From assembly GCA_946406415.1 (NCBI GenBank), contig CAMJKR010000001.1, positions 1 through 48,458 of the forward strand: 48,458 nucleotides of DNA. The letters run 5' to 3'. Source of the stretch: an uncultured Selenomonadales bacterium (GTDB lineage: Bacteria; Bacillota; Negativicutes; Selenomonadales; Selenomonadaceae). Position numbers and translations under genes: made by a program. The notes beneath the pieces were generated by a model that worked only from the letters and a program-made list of their open reading frames with translations, did not search any database and was not told the origin of the DNA. Positions 25,806 through 35,300 of this stretch are shown here, in pieces (position 1 is the stretch's first letter; each line of letters starts with the position of its first letter).

Positions 25806-27502
25806 TTCTTGTGGTTTTGAACTTTCAAATTGAGATAAGCGACGAAATTATAGAATGTTTCGGTTATTCTCTTTACAAACGCAATCAAAAAAAATCTCTG
25901 GAAGCAAAAGAATTATTTGAAAAACTTTTTTTGGATCTCCAATCCGAACTTCAAAAAGAATCTCAAATCAACATTCAACATTTGAGCAATTTGGACAATC
26001 GTTTAAGACTTGTAGAACACTCTGCCGCCGACAGCGAAGATGTAGAACGGGCAATTAACAAACTCAATAACAGGATAACGAGGATTGAATTCAACGTGGA
26101 CAATTACAAACGTCAGCAGGACGCCATTGCCGCGAATATGAATCAAATAGAGACTACTGTCAATCAACTTTATACGACACTCAACGGCAAAATAGAAAAG
26201 CTTGAGAAAAAGTTTAAGATCGAATTAAACAATGAAGTTGAAAGAGCAGTTGATGCCGCAGTCAAAAAAATTCTCGCTACCGATTTAAGCGGGGTAATTC
26301 AAGCGGCTGTCGATAATGCCGTCAAAACTACTACTCCTGCGCCCGTCATCAATGAAAAAATTCAAGCGGAAGTTGCCAAAGCTGTTGGGAATATTCAGCC
26401 GCCTAATGAATTCAACGTGGACAATTACAAACGTCAGCAAGACGCCATTGCCGCGAATATGAATCAAATAGAGACTACTGTTAATCAACTTTATACGACA
26501 CTCAACGGCAAAATAGAAAAGCTTGAGAAAAAGTTTAAGATCGAATTAAACAATGAAGTTGAAAGAGCAGTTGATGCCGCAGTCAAAAAAATTCTCGCTA
26601 CCGATTTAAGCGGGGTAATTCAAGCGGCTGTCGATAATGCCGTCAAAACTACTACTCCTGCGCCCGTCATCAATGAAAAAATTCAAGCGGAAGTTGCCAA
26701 AGCCATTAAAGAAGAACGCCAAAAAACTCAAGCAGGCAATGCCATTTATCCTTCAAGTTACCTTATCTTTGAACAGCAACGTAATAATATCAACGAGCTT
26801 AAAGAATTAATCAACACTCAACAAAAAGTAATCGAAGATTTAAAAGCGCGCCTCTCTGCCGTTGAGGGAAAAGCCGCAACTGCGACGATCGAGCTGGCAA
26901 CGGAAGAATATACTCCCCTCAAAATTCGCGACGAAAGCTCTTGGCTAAAATATAAAAGCCGCTTGAAAGATATTGGCAAGCTGAAACTATTCGCAGACAA
27001 AAATCCTGTCGAGTTCAAAATTTTTGCCTCAAAATTAAAAAGAATAGAAAATGCTATCGACAAAATAAATCCTAATGAATTCAACGAATACACGACGGAA
27101 ACTATAACAGATAAAATTGTTGAGGTAGTAAAAGAGTTCATCGACGTTTTAGAAACTTGCAGACGTAAAATTAAAAATCCCGCAAAGAATTCAGTCGCCG
27201 CGCAGGAGCTTTACAATTTGATTGAAGAATATCTTTCAGGGCTTGGCATTCGTTCGATGAATTTCAAAGTCGGCGATAATTTTGAGAAGTGGGCGGATCT
27301 CTCAATGAGTGAAGTACCGATAATTGAAAATACTTTTGACAACCGCAAACACAACATCTTGAAAGAAATTCTTGTTCAGCCGCATTATATAGAATTCATT
27401 AACGAACACGACAAAAAAGTACACCGCGTTTTTGGCGGGCGATGTGTTGCTTATGCTTATAAAAAAGGTGATGAGTATGGAAGAGTTTTTAGTAGGAATT
27501 GA
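25802..27502 (+). CDS. long coiled-coil protein with a GrpE-like C-terminal domain, paralogue B; contains an internal 321-bp duplication
   Basis: The C-terminal ~190 aa are homologous to the 249-aa protein (FNEYTTETI...AQELYNLIEEY..GLGIRSMNFKVGDNFEKWADLSMSE...HRVFGGRCVAY). The N-terminal ~370 aa are heptad-rich. The start (GTG 25802 overlapping the previous stop) is uncertain. Confidence 0.6.
   Translation: MILVVLNFQIEISDEIIECFGYSLYKRNQKKSLEAKELFEKLFLDLQSELQKESQINIQHLSNLDNRLRLVEHSAADSEDVERAINKLNNRITRIEFNVDNYKRQQDAIAANMNQIETTVNQLYTTLNGKIEKLEKKFKIELNNEVERAVDAAVKKILATDLSGVIQAAVDNAVKTTTPAPVINEKIQAEVAKAVGNIQPPNEFNVDNYKRQQDAIAANMNQIETTVNQLYTTLNGKIEKLEKKFKIELNNEVERAVDAAVKKILATDLSGVIQAAVDNAVKTTTPAPVINEKIQAEVAKAIKEERQKTQAGNAIYPSSYLIFEQQRNNINELKELINTQQKVIEDLKARLSAVEGKAATATIELATEEYTPLKIRDESSWLKYKSRLKDIGKLKLFADKNPVEFKIFASKLKRIENAIDKINPNEFNEYTTETITDKIVEVVKEFIDVLETCRRKIKNPAKNSVAAQELYNLIEEYLSGLGIRSMNFKVGDNFEKWADLSMSEVPIIENTFDNRKHNILKEILVQPHYIEFINEHDKKVHRVFGGRCVAYAYKKGDEYGRVFSRN
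26087..26703 (+). repeat. near-perfect tandem duplication, period 321 bp (about 296 bp conserved per copy), in-frame
   Basis: Copy 1 is 26087-26382 and copy 2 is 26408-26703. I see only two substitutions (cagcagg/cagcaag; actgtcaat/actgttaat). Both copies encode an identical EFNVDNYKRQQDAIAANMNQIETTVNQLYTTLNGKIEKLEKKFKIELNNEVERAVDAAVKKILATDLSGVIQAAVDNAVKTTTPAPVINEKIQAEVAKA. Confidence 0.95.
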
Positions 27503-29075
27503 CTTTGGTGCCTGCAATCTGAAAGCGGCGGCGTTTGTTGACGGAAAAAAATTTCGTCCTATCCAGCTTAACACGCAAGAGGGCAGTACAAAACACGCGC
27601 CGAATATCATTTACTACAGGAAGAATAAAAAAGACGGCACTATTAATAAAATCATAGGGCAAGCCGCCTTTGTTAGTAGCCTCACGGATATAGGTACAGA
27701 AAAAAATTTTGTCGCGAATATCAAACGCAAGATGGAAATAGTCGATTGGTCACAGCGAATAGCGAATCTCGACTGCGATGTTACTGCCTTTGAAATCATA
27801 CGCGACATTTTCGAGTGTATTCAACGTTTCTTCAGCAATAAAAAATCTCAAAGCGTTCGTGCGGTCTTGACGGTACCGGTTTGTTTTTCGGAAGTTCAAC
27901 GCAATATGATTCGTCGCGCCGCTGAGGAGTCGGGGCTAGTTGTAGATACTCTGATTAGCGAACCTTTTGCCGCAATTTTTTCACTAAGAGATTTGCCGAG
28001 CTACAAAGATAAACTCATCATGATTTTTGATTTTGGCGGCTCCACACTCGATGTAAGTATCTCCAAAATTGAATGTTCTTCGGAGGGCGAATTGAAAATT
28101 ATTGAGCTTGCGGCGGCGGGAATTCGTTTCGGCGGGCTTGACATTGACAGGGATATTTATGAAAAAATTCTTTTGCGCGATTTCCAAACGTTATTTGACA
28201 ATAGCTCAATAAAGGATGCAATAAATCGCGAAGACTTTTACTTGAATTTTACTCGTGAGCTTAAGGAATTACTTTTCAAAACTAGCGAAGATGCTGAAGC
28301 ACAAGAATTATCAGAAGGCACTATCACAGGTCTTGAGGATGTCATTTTGAAATATAAAGATGTCGAAAAACTTTTTTCAGAGAGCAATTACAAGAAAAAA
28401 ATTTTTGATATGTTCGATGCGATTTTTGAGGATTTGGAGGACAACCCTAGTTATTCTTATCAGAAGGAAGATATAGCTAGAATTTTTCCAATCGGCGGAA
28501 CGTGCAAAATTCCGTTCTTCATTGACATTCTTGAGGAATATTTCGGAACGGAAACTTTCAATAAGGAAGATTTTGACTTCGACGATAACGAATTTTTGAT
28601 GAAGGGATTAACCGACCGTTATCTTGCAGTAGCGAGCGGCGCGGCGCATTATCTCAATCGCAAGCAAGACGGAAGTCTGCCTAAAAGTTCCAATGTCATT
28701 CCGTATTGTATCGGTTACGGCAAGGACGGGAAATTTTCTCGTTGCCTCAATAGAAATATGCCGTTCGGTTATGAGACGCGCTCTATGCTCTTGCCATTGC
28801 CTTTCCTAAAAAAAATTTCTTGGACGATTCAGTTTTTCCAATGTTTCAGCAATCAAACGGTGTCTAAATTGGACAGTGAAGAGGGCGCAGCGGTTTATAT
28901 AGGTAAAATCAAATTAGATGAATCGCTTTATGAAAAAAAAGAATCGCCGCTGTTCAAAATACGGATAATGCGAGACGGACGTTTGCGTCTTGAATTCTTT
29001 GACAACAAAACTTTTCCAGACGGCTCGAAAGAACTCGTCACGATGGAAGAACATTTTTTGGAGATAGGAGGTTAA
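27477..29075 (+). CDS. Hsp70-family ATPase 2 (divergent phosphate-binding motifs)
   Basis: VGIDFGACNLKAAAF (TT replaced by AC). LTVPVCFSEVQRNMIRRAAEESG...LISEPFAAIF. IFDFGGSTLDVSI. IFPIGGTCKIPFFIDIL. Start at ATG 27477 (or 27471) after AAAGGTG; it overlaps the end of the previous gene. Confidence 0.75.
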   Translation: MEEFLVGIDFGACNLKAAAFVDGKKFRPIQLNTQEGSTKHAPNIIYYRKNKKDGTINKIIGQAAFVSSLTDIGTEKNFVANIKRKMEIVDWSQRIANLDCDVTAFEIIRDIFECIQRFFSNKKSQSVRAVLTVPVCFSEVQRNMIRRAAEESGLVVDTLISEPFAAIFSLRDLPSYKDKLIMIFDFGGSTLDVSISKIECSSEGELKIIELAAAGIRFGGLDIDRDIYEKILLRDFQTLFDNSSIKDAINREDFYLNFTRELKELLFKTSEDAEAQELSEGTITGLEDVILKYKDVEKLFSESNYKKKIFDMFDAIFEDLEDNPSYSYQKEDIARIFPIGGTCKIPFFIDILEEYFGTETFNKEDFDFDDNEFLMKGLTDRYLAVASGAAHYLNRKQDGSLPKSSNVIPYCIGYGKDGKFSRCLNRNMPFGYETRSMLLPLPFLKKISWTIQFFQCFSNQTVSKLDSEEGAAVYIGKIKLDESLYEKKESPLFKIRIMRDGRLRLEFFDNKTFPDGSKELVTMEEHFLEIGG

Positions 29076-29078
29076 GCA

Positions 29079-29267
29079 ATGGAGGACGAACGCAAGACCC
29101 AATTTGAGCAACTGTATGCTTTCGGCGTTGAGTGGCTTGGCAAAATCGAAAATGACATTCGCGCTAAGCATGAAAAAATCGAAAACTTGGAAGCAGACAA
29201 TGCCAATTACGAGAGACTTCAGTCGACTGTACGGCAGGCAATGATGTCTTTTGATGAAGGAAAGTAA
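29079..29267 (+). CDS. small coiled-coil protein (62 aa)
   Basis: Strong RBS (TAGGAGG) 3 nt after the Hsp70-2 stop. Heptad-like sequence. N-terminal similarity to the next gene (GVEWLGKIEND.. versus GGEWYKELVAL..). Confidence 0.5.
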   Translation: MEDERKTQFEQLYAFGVEWLGKIENDIRAKHEKIENLEADNANYERLQSTVRQAMMSFDEGK

Positions 29268-29366
29268 TCGCATGGAAAACTTGACAAACGTGAGGACAAA
29301 CTCAACGAACACGCAAGCCGACTTAGCGGCAAGCAATGATGTATTTTAAGATAGGAGGTACAGCGT

Positions 29367-30296
29367 ATGGAAAATGAGTTACAAAATCTGAACCACATGC
29401 GCGACATTTTGGATCACATGCATAAAATCGGCGGCGAGTGGTACAAAGAATTGGTCGCGCTCAAAAAAGAAAATGATGATTTGAAAAAGGAAAACACGCG
29501 GCTCGACGGGCTTGAAAAACTCATCACGGAGCGAATCAATAGCCTTCACGCAAATATTGACGATAAAAGTCACCTCGTTTTGAATAAAATCTCCGAAGTC
29601 CACACGAAGGATATTCCCGACGTTAAAAATGAAATCGTCAACACCAGAAATTCTATCTCGCCGTTGACTGAGGCGAAAAGATTTTACGATAAAAAACTCG
29701 ACACTCTCAATGAAAAGCAAGACGAATTAGAAAATCGCGAAAAAGGCATTAGTCAGGGCGAAAGCGACCTTAGCGATAAGCAAAAAGAGTTATCAATTCG
29801 TCAAGGACAGCTCGACGGTTGGCAACGTCAACTTGAGGAGCAAAAATGCAATCAAGACGATTATCAAAGACAGCTCAACGGTTGGCAACATCAACTTGAA
29901 GACCAAAAGCGCGCTCAAGACGATTATCAAGGACGCCTCGACGGTTGGCAACGTCAACTTGAGGAGCAAAAGCGCGCTCAAGACGATTATCAAAGGCAGC
30001 TCGACGAGTGGCAAAGAAATTTGGAACTGCGAAAAAATGAGCTTGACGAACGCGAAAACTCTTTAAACGAACGCGAGGCAGAGCTTGATTCTTCAAATTA
30101 TGGCGCAGAAGATCATCACGAAAACTTTGAGCATGAATGCTCCGGAGATTATTTTCAAAACGAAGAACGTAACTATCCTCGTGATAATCAGGAATGTGAA
30201 CAGCCGGATCAGGAAAATCTGTCGACAAATCCAAACGACAATTCCCCTGCGCCTTCACAAAGTAACGGACAAGACCCCGATTTTAAAGACCTGTAA
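29367..30296 (+). CDS. coiled-coil protein with W/Q-rich 21-aa tandem repeats and an acidic low-complexity tail
   Basis: TAGGAGG RBS. Repeats QLDGWQRQLEEQK(C/R)(N/A)QDDYQR. No enzymatic motif seen. Confidence 0.7.
   Translation: MENELQNLNHMRDILDHMHKIGGEWYKELVALKKENDDLKKENTRLDGLEKLITERINSLHANIDDKSHLVLNKISEVHTKDIPDVKNEIVNTRNSISPLTEAKRFYDKKLDTLNEKQDELENREKGISQGESDLSDKQKELSIRQGQLDGWQRQLEEQKCNQDDYQRQLNGWQHQLEDQKRAQDDYQGRLDGWQRQLEEQKRAQDDYQRQLDEWQRNLELRKNELDERENSLNEREAELDSSNYGAEDHHENFEHECSGDYFQNEERNYPRDNQECEQPDQENLSTNPNDNSPAPSQSNGQDPDFKDL
29808..30029 (+). repeat. 63-bp in-frame tandem repeat, about 3.5 copies
   Basis: Units start at 29808, 29871, 29934 and 29997 (the last is partial). They encode QLDGWQRQLEEQKCNQDDYQR / QLNGWQHQLEDQKRAQDDYQG / RLDGWQRQLEEQKRAQDDYQR / QLDEWQRNLE. 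Confidence 0.9.
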
Positions 30297-30311
30297 AAAG
30301 GAGAAAAGTAA

Positions 30312-32375
30312 ATGGCAGAATCTTACAAGTATGTTGTAGGCATTGATTTGGGTACGACTAATACTCTCGCTTGTTTTTTCAGGAACGGGCGCAAGGAATT
30401 GGTAAAATTTGCTGGCGAACCGTTGTTGCCGTCGGTGCTCTACGTCGATAAAAACGGCAAAGCCTATATCGGAAACAAAGCCTTGCACAGAGGCGCAACT
30501 GACCCGCGCAATATGGTTCGTTCCTCGAAAAAATATATTGGCGACTACGAGAAAAATCAAGTTTGGAATCTGAACGGCAAAAACTTCACGCCGACCGACG
30601 TTGCAACAGAAATTTTAAAAGAAGTCCGTGCAAATTTCGTTCGGACGGTTGATTGCGACCCGTCGGAAAAAATCGGCGCAGTTATAACCGTTCCCGCATA
30701 TTTCAACAACAACCAACGCACCGAAACGCGCAAGGCAGGTAAGGCGGCAGGGTTTGAAGTCATGTGGATTCTTGAGGAACCTGTAGCAGCCGCTATTGAA
30801 GTAATTCATGAAGAGCACTTTGATAAGAAAGTTTTCGTCGTGGACATCGGCGGCGGCACCTTTGATTTGAGCGTCTTGGAGGCTGACGAACAACAACACA
30901 TTTACAAAGAAATCGATAAAGACGGTGACCCGCAACTCGGCGGCGACGACTTTGACGAGGCTCTTGTCAACAGATTAATCGAAATCATCAAGGACGATTC
31001 GGGTAAAGATTTATCTTCGCTAAACTCTTCCGGACTTGAGGAATCGGATTATTTCAAGAATAGAAATATTATCCTCAAGGCGGCGCAAAAGGCTAAAAAG
31101 GAATTGAGCGGCGACAGCGAAGAGAGCGACATTGAAATTGAAGATATTTTCGACGATTACGACCTCGAAATGACTTTGACCCGCGAAGAATTTAACTCAA
31201 TCTGCTCCGAAATTTTTGATAAGATATTCGCCAGAACAAAAAGATTCGTTGATAAAAGCAAGGAATTCAAAATCGGCGACATCGGCAGAATAATTTTGGC
31301 GGGCGGCACGTGCTATATTCCGTTAATCGGCGAGACGATTGAAAAAATGTTCGGAATTGAGCCTGACAGCGGTCTTGAAAAATCTATGCTCGTCGCTTAT
31401 GGTGCGGCGCACTTCGCGAGATGGAAAAATGGCGGCGTCGAAGGCGGTGTTTCTTTCACACTGCAGGGAATTATTCCTCACTCTCTCGGCGTGGAGATTG
31501 TCAACCAAAAACGAGAGCACATCTTTGAAAAAATCTTGACTAAGGGCTTGAAATATCCTTGCCGTAACTCAAAAGATTTCACGACGACTTTCGACAACCA
31601 AACGCAAGTTGATATAAACGTCTACGAGGCGGGCAACGACGCCGAAGCGCAAATCGACATCAATTATCATAAACTTTACGGCACTCTGACTTTGGACGGA
31701 ATCGCGCCCAAGCCTAAAGGTGTTCCGACGATTAAAGTTACCTTTGATTACGACGATAACCAGAATTTAACCGTCACGGCTCTTGATACGCAAACCGGCG
31801 ACTCTGAAACCAAAGCCATAAAGTCCGGACAAAAAATTGAGTTGCAAAAAGAATCGCCCGTTGATTTAATGTTGCTCCTTGACGTTTCGGGCAGTATAAG
31901 TGTGAATGATCTGTCCCAAGCTAAAAACGCAAGTTTGCGGCTCGTGAACGAGATGATTGACCTTTCGGTGCACAGAATGGGAATAATTTCCTTTGGAAGT
32001 TATGCGAATTTGCTCTGCCACCTCACACATGATAACAATCAGCTGAAGCGAGTTATAAATAGCATTCTTTACACTGGAGGCGGTACAGATATGGTTGACG
32101 CTCTACAGAAGTCCGAAGACGCCTTGCGCAACAGTGTAAATGAAAAAGTTATTCTGATGATGACAGACGGTTATCCCAACAGTAACAGCAGGACTTTGGA
32201 TTTTGCAAATAGACTTACTCGTCAAGGCTATAAGATATACGCAATAGGCGTCGGTAGCATAGATTTTAATTTTCTTTATCAAATGGCGGGTAGGAAAAAT
32301 ACAATGGTTATCGACAGCATGAGCAAGTTGGCGGACGCTTTCAAATCCGTCATGAATTCGATTATGTTGCGCTGA
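30312..32375 (+). CDS. Hsp70-family ATPase 3 fused to a C-terminal von Willebrand factor A (vWA) domain
   Basis: VGIDLGTTNT. ITVPAYFNNNQRTETRKAGKAAG...LEEPVAAAI. VVDIGGGTFDLSV. IILAGGTCYIPLIGETI. SBD-beta ...PTIKVTFDYDDNQNLTVTALD. Then the vWA MIDAS motifs LLLDVSGSIS, GGGTDMVDAL and ILMMTDGYPN (about 31860-32372). Confidence 0.85.
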   Translation: MAESYKYVVGIDLGTTNTLACFFRNGRKELVKFAGEPLLPSVLYVDKNGKAYIGNKALHRGATDPRNMVRSSKKYIGDYEKNQVWNLNGKNFTPTDVATEILKEVRANFVRTVDCDPSEKIGAVITVPAYFNNNQRTETRKAGKAAGFEVMWILEEPVAAAIEVIHEEHFDKKVFVVDIGGGTFDLSVLEADEQQHIYKEIDKDGDPQLGGDDFDEALVNRLIEIIKDDSGKDLSSLNSSGLEESDYFKNRNIILKAAQKAKKELSGDSEESDIEIEDIFDDYDLEMTLTREEFNSICSEIFDKIFARTKRFVDKSKEFKIGDIGRIILAGGTCYIPLIGETIEKMFGIEPDSGLEKSMLVAYGAAHFARWKNGGVEGGVSFTLQGIIPHSLGVEIVNQKREHIFEKILTKGLKYPCRNSKDFTTTFDNQTQVDINVYEAGNDAEAQIDINYHKLYGTLTLDGIAPKPKGVPTIKVTFDYDDNQNLTVTALDTQTGDSETKAIKSGQKIELQKESPVDLMLLLDVSGSISVNDLSQAKNASLRLVNEMIDLSVHRMGIISFGSYANLLCHLTHDNNQLKRVINSILYTGGGTDMVDALQKSEDALRNSVNEKVILMMTDGYPNSNSRTLDFANRLTRQGYKIYAIGVGSIDFNFLYQMAGRKNTMVIDSMSKLADAFKSVMNSIMLR

Positions 32376-32397
32376 GAGTAAGAAAGGAGCAAATAAT

Positions 32398-35300
32398 ATG
32401 AGTGAACCAAATGAGGAATTTTTGACAATGTTAAAAGATTCTTCGATTGAAGACGAACGGAAAGAAATTCTGCCATCATTTCGCGGCGGCAAGAAACGTC
32501 TGGAAATTGAAGTAATCAACAAAATTTTAAATGACGAAGGCATAGACGCCGAAGAGCCGAAAACGGATTTTGATTTCTGGTGCGTGTTGAAGAATCTTAA
32601 GAAACGCAATGATGTCCTGTACATTTTGAAGGATTGTCTTAAAGAAGCTGAAATTTCTTGCAACGACGCGATATTGAAAACGCTCAAAAAAGACCAGTTC
32701 ATTGAGTTGCTGTTTAACGTGTTCGATATTTATCCCAAAGCATATGACGAAAGTTCTGCGACGGCGACAACTTCAGCTACCGAGACAGAAAGCGGCTCGG
32801 AAATTTCTGAAGACACGGAAAAAATTCGCAAAGCTACAGAAAAACTTTTCCCGAACGGCATTAACGGCAAACAGGAAATAGAATACGCCGAAATAGCCGA
32901 CATGTTGCCCGAAAAGGTTTCTAGCGTCGACGACCTTAAAAAGCTTATGCTTACAACCAAAGCCGGCAATAAAATCAAGGAAATGTTCAAAGCCTGTTGC
33001 CGAATGAAAGAAGTTGACATGGAATTTGGCAAGCTCGGCGGGCTTGAGAGAAAAATTTATGTGCCGATATTCTTCGACGTGTTTGAAATAAAATTTCCGC
33101 AGAGTACCAAGATTGATTCGATACCAGTTGACGAAAATACCGCAAGCGCATCGTCTAAATCTTCAAGCGAATTGCAAAACATCAGTCTTGCTTTGACCTT
33201 CGAGCAAGTTCAAGAAATTTATAAAGGCGGAGAAAAAATTTCTGTCGCCGATCTTGAAGGCTACGACATTTCCGACAACGTAATTGTTTATCGCGACATG
33301 CCTGTCACTTTATCGGACGGCTTTTGGATAAAAGTTCCAGACAACGTTAGTATTTCTCATCTCTGCGCGGCGCTCATAAATTCGCAAACCGAAGAAGTAG
33401 TTGCCGTCGGTTCGGTTGAAAAATATTTTACGAACAGCGGAGAAACAAGACCACATTTGATTTTCGCCGCCGATAAAATTAAGTTCGAGCAATTTGAACG
33501 TCAGCGCGAGTTCAATGTTATGCTTATACCGGTCGAACAGGAAGATTTTCTTATCAATCCGAGCGGCGATTATCGCGGCAAGCTTTATATCTTCGAGTGT
33601 GATTTGAATTTGGACACGTTGAAGAAGACCGACAAACCCCTTTGCATAGATTTTGGCACGAGCAATACCACAGCGGGAACTTACGGGCTGGGCAATAACA
33701 TCGGCAACAACGATATTCAACTGGTGAAATTCCGCGACGTAACTTCCGAAATGCCCAAGATAAGTGATCTGTTGCCAACTGTCGTTTACGTTGATTCCTT
33801 CAAAGACGATAAGCCAATTTTTAAATTCGGTTACGAGGCGCATAAAGAAATTATTGATTCGGATTACAGCACACGCGCTTCCGTCTTTTACGAAATCAAA
33901 CGTTGGATTAATTCAATCAACAAAACCGAAAAACTTTTTGACAAAAAAGGAAACACCATTCCCAACGAAATTTCGCACAAGGAAATTTTGAAGGCTTATC
34001 TGAATTACATCATAGAAGTTGCTCAGCAACAATTCAAAGTTAAATTCCGTAATCTGCACTTCACCGCTCCGGTTAAGCTCAAGAAACAATTTTTAAAAAT
34101 TATGTCCGAGATTTTCCCCGAACCCGAATATTTTATCGAGCGCGAACGCAGTTTGGACGAAGGCATCGCGATTGTTTACCATTACATAGCCGAACAACTG
34201 CGCGAAAAAAAGAACGACGAGCCTGTAAACGGAAATATTTTAATTCTGGATTGCGGCGGCGGCACTACTGATTTAGCAAGTTGCAAATATTCGATTGAGG
34301 ATTCAAACGTCGGTCCTGTTCTGAAAATCGAGACAGGTTTTGAAAACGGTGAATCCAATTTCGGCGGCAATAACATTACTTATTTGATTTTGCAGATGCT
34401 CAAGATTAAAATCGCCGCCAACCTGCAACGACAAGGGAATTTGACAATGCAGGAGCTAATAGTCGAAGACGAAAATACTATTCTCTGTGATATTGATGAT
34501 AACTACGACAATAAAAATAAAATTTATGAGAAATTCCTCGCAGCTTACAAGCAAGCAGAAAATATTATTCCGACAAAATTTAGCGAATGTTCCGGACGCA
34601 ACGAGAAGTTGATGATTAAACGGAATTATTATTACCTTTGGCAAATGGCGGAGGCAATAAAGATTGAGTTTTACCGTTCCAATTTAGTCAACGTAGATTT
34701 TGACAAAGAGCAAGACAAAAAAATTTACGTCGACGACGCGGCACAATATTATCTTTACGTCAAGACCGACGGTAAAACTTTAATACGTCACGACCGACCG
34801 ATGGATAAAGTCGAAATCACGATAAAAGAAATCAACCGCATAATTTGTCCCGAAATCTACGCCTTGCTCAATACGCTCCTTCGTCAGTACACGGGCAAAA
34901 ATTTTGAGACAATAGAGGTGCTTCAAAAATTCCGCTATCGTCTTTCGGGTCAATCTTGCAAAATCGCGCTGTTCAATGACCTGTTAAAAGAATTTATTCC
35001 CGGTGTACTCATTCGCAATCGGACGCAAAAAAATTTGAACTCGGACAACAAAACCGACAGCAGCGTTTTAAAAAAGTTTTGCATAGAGGGAAGTATTGAA
35101 TACATGCGCGACAAAGCTCGCGGTGAACTTAAGCCCATACTCAATACGAGAAACATGAAAAATATTTACGCCGTATATATCGAAGATGGCGGCAAACTCT
35201 CCGAATGCGCTCTTGACTACGACAGCACGGTTACTATCATCAAACGCCCTAGCAATATGCGCGAAGCAATCTTCATTGTTAAGGACAGCAACGGCAAAAT

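Noticed and set aside
29265-29336. The in-frame TAA ending the 62-aa ORF is followed by 23 more coiled-coil-like sense codons (SHGKLDKREDKLNEHASRLSGKQ); considered as readthrough or a nonsense mutation
   Set aside because: The stretch is too short to distinguish from chance, and no recoding signal is evident. I noted it but did not call it.
26087-30029. Regular direct repeats considered as a possible CRISPR array
   Set aside because: The repeats are 321 bp and 63 bp long, contiguous without spacers, in-frame and coding, and no cas genes are present. They are not CRISPR.
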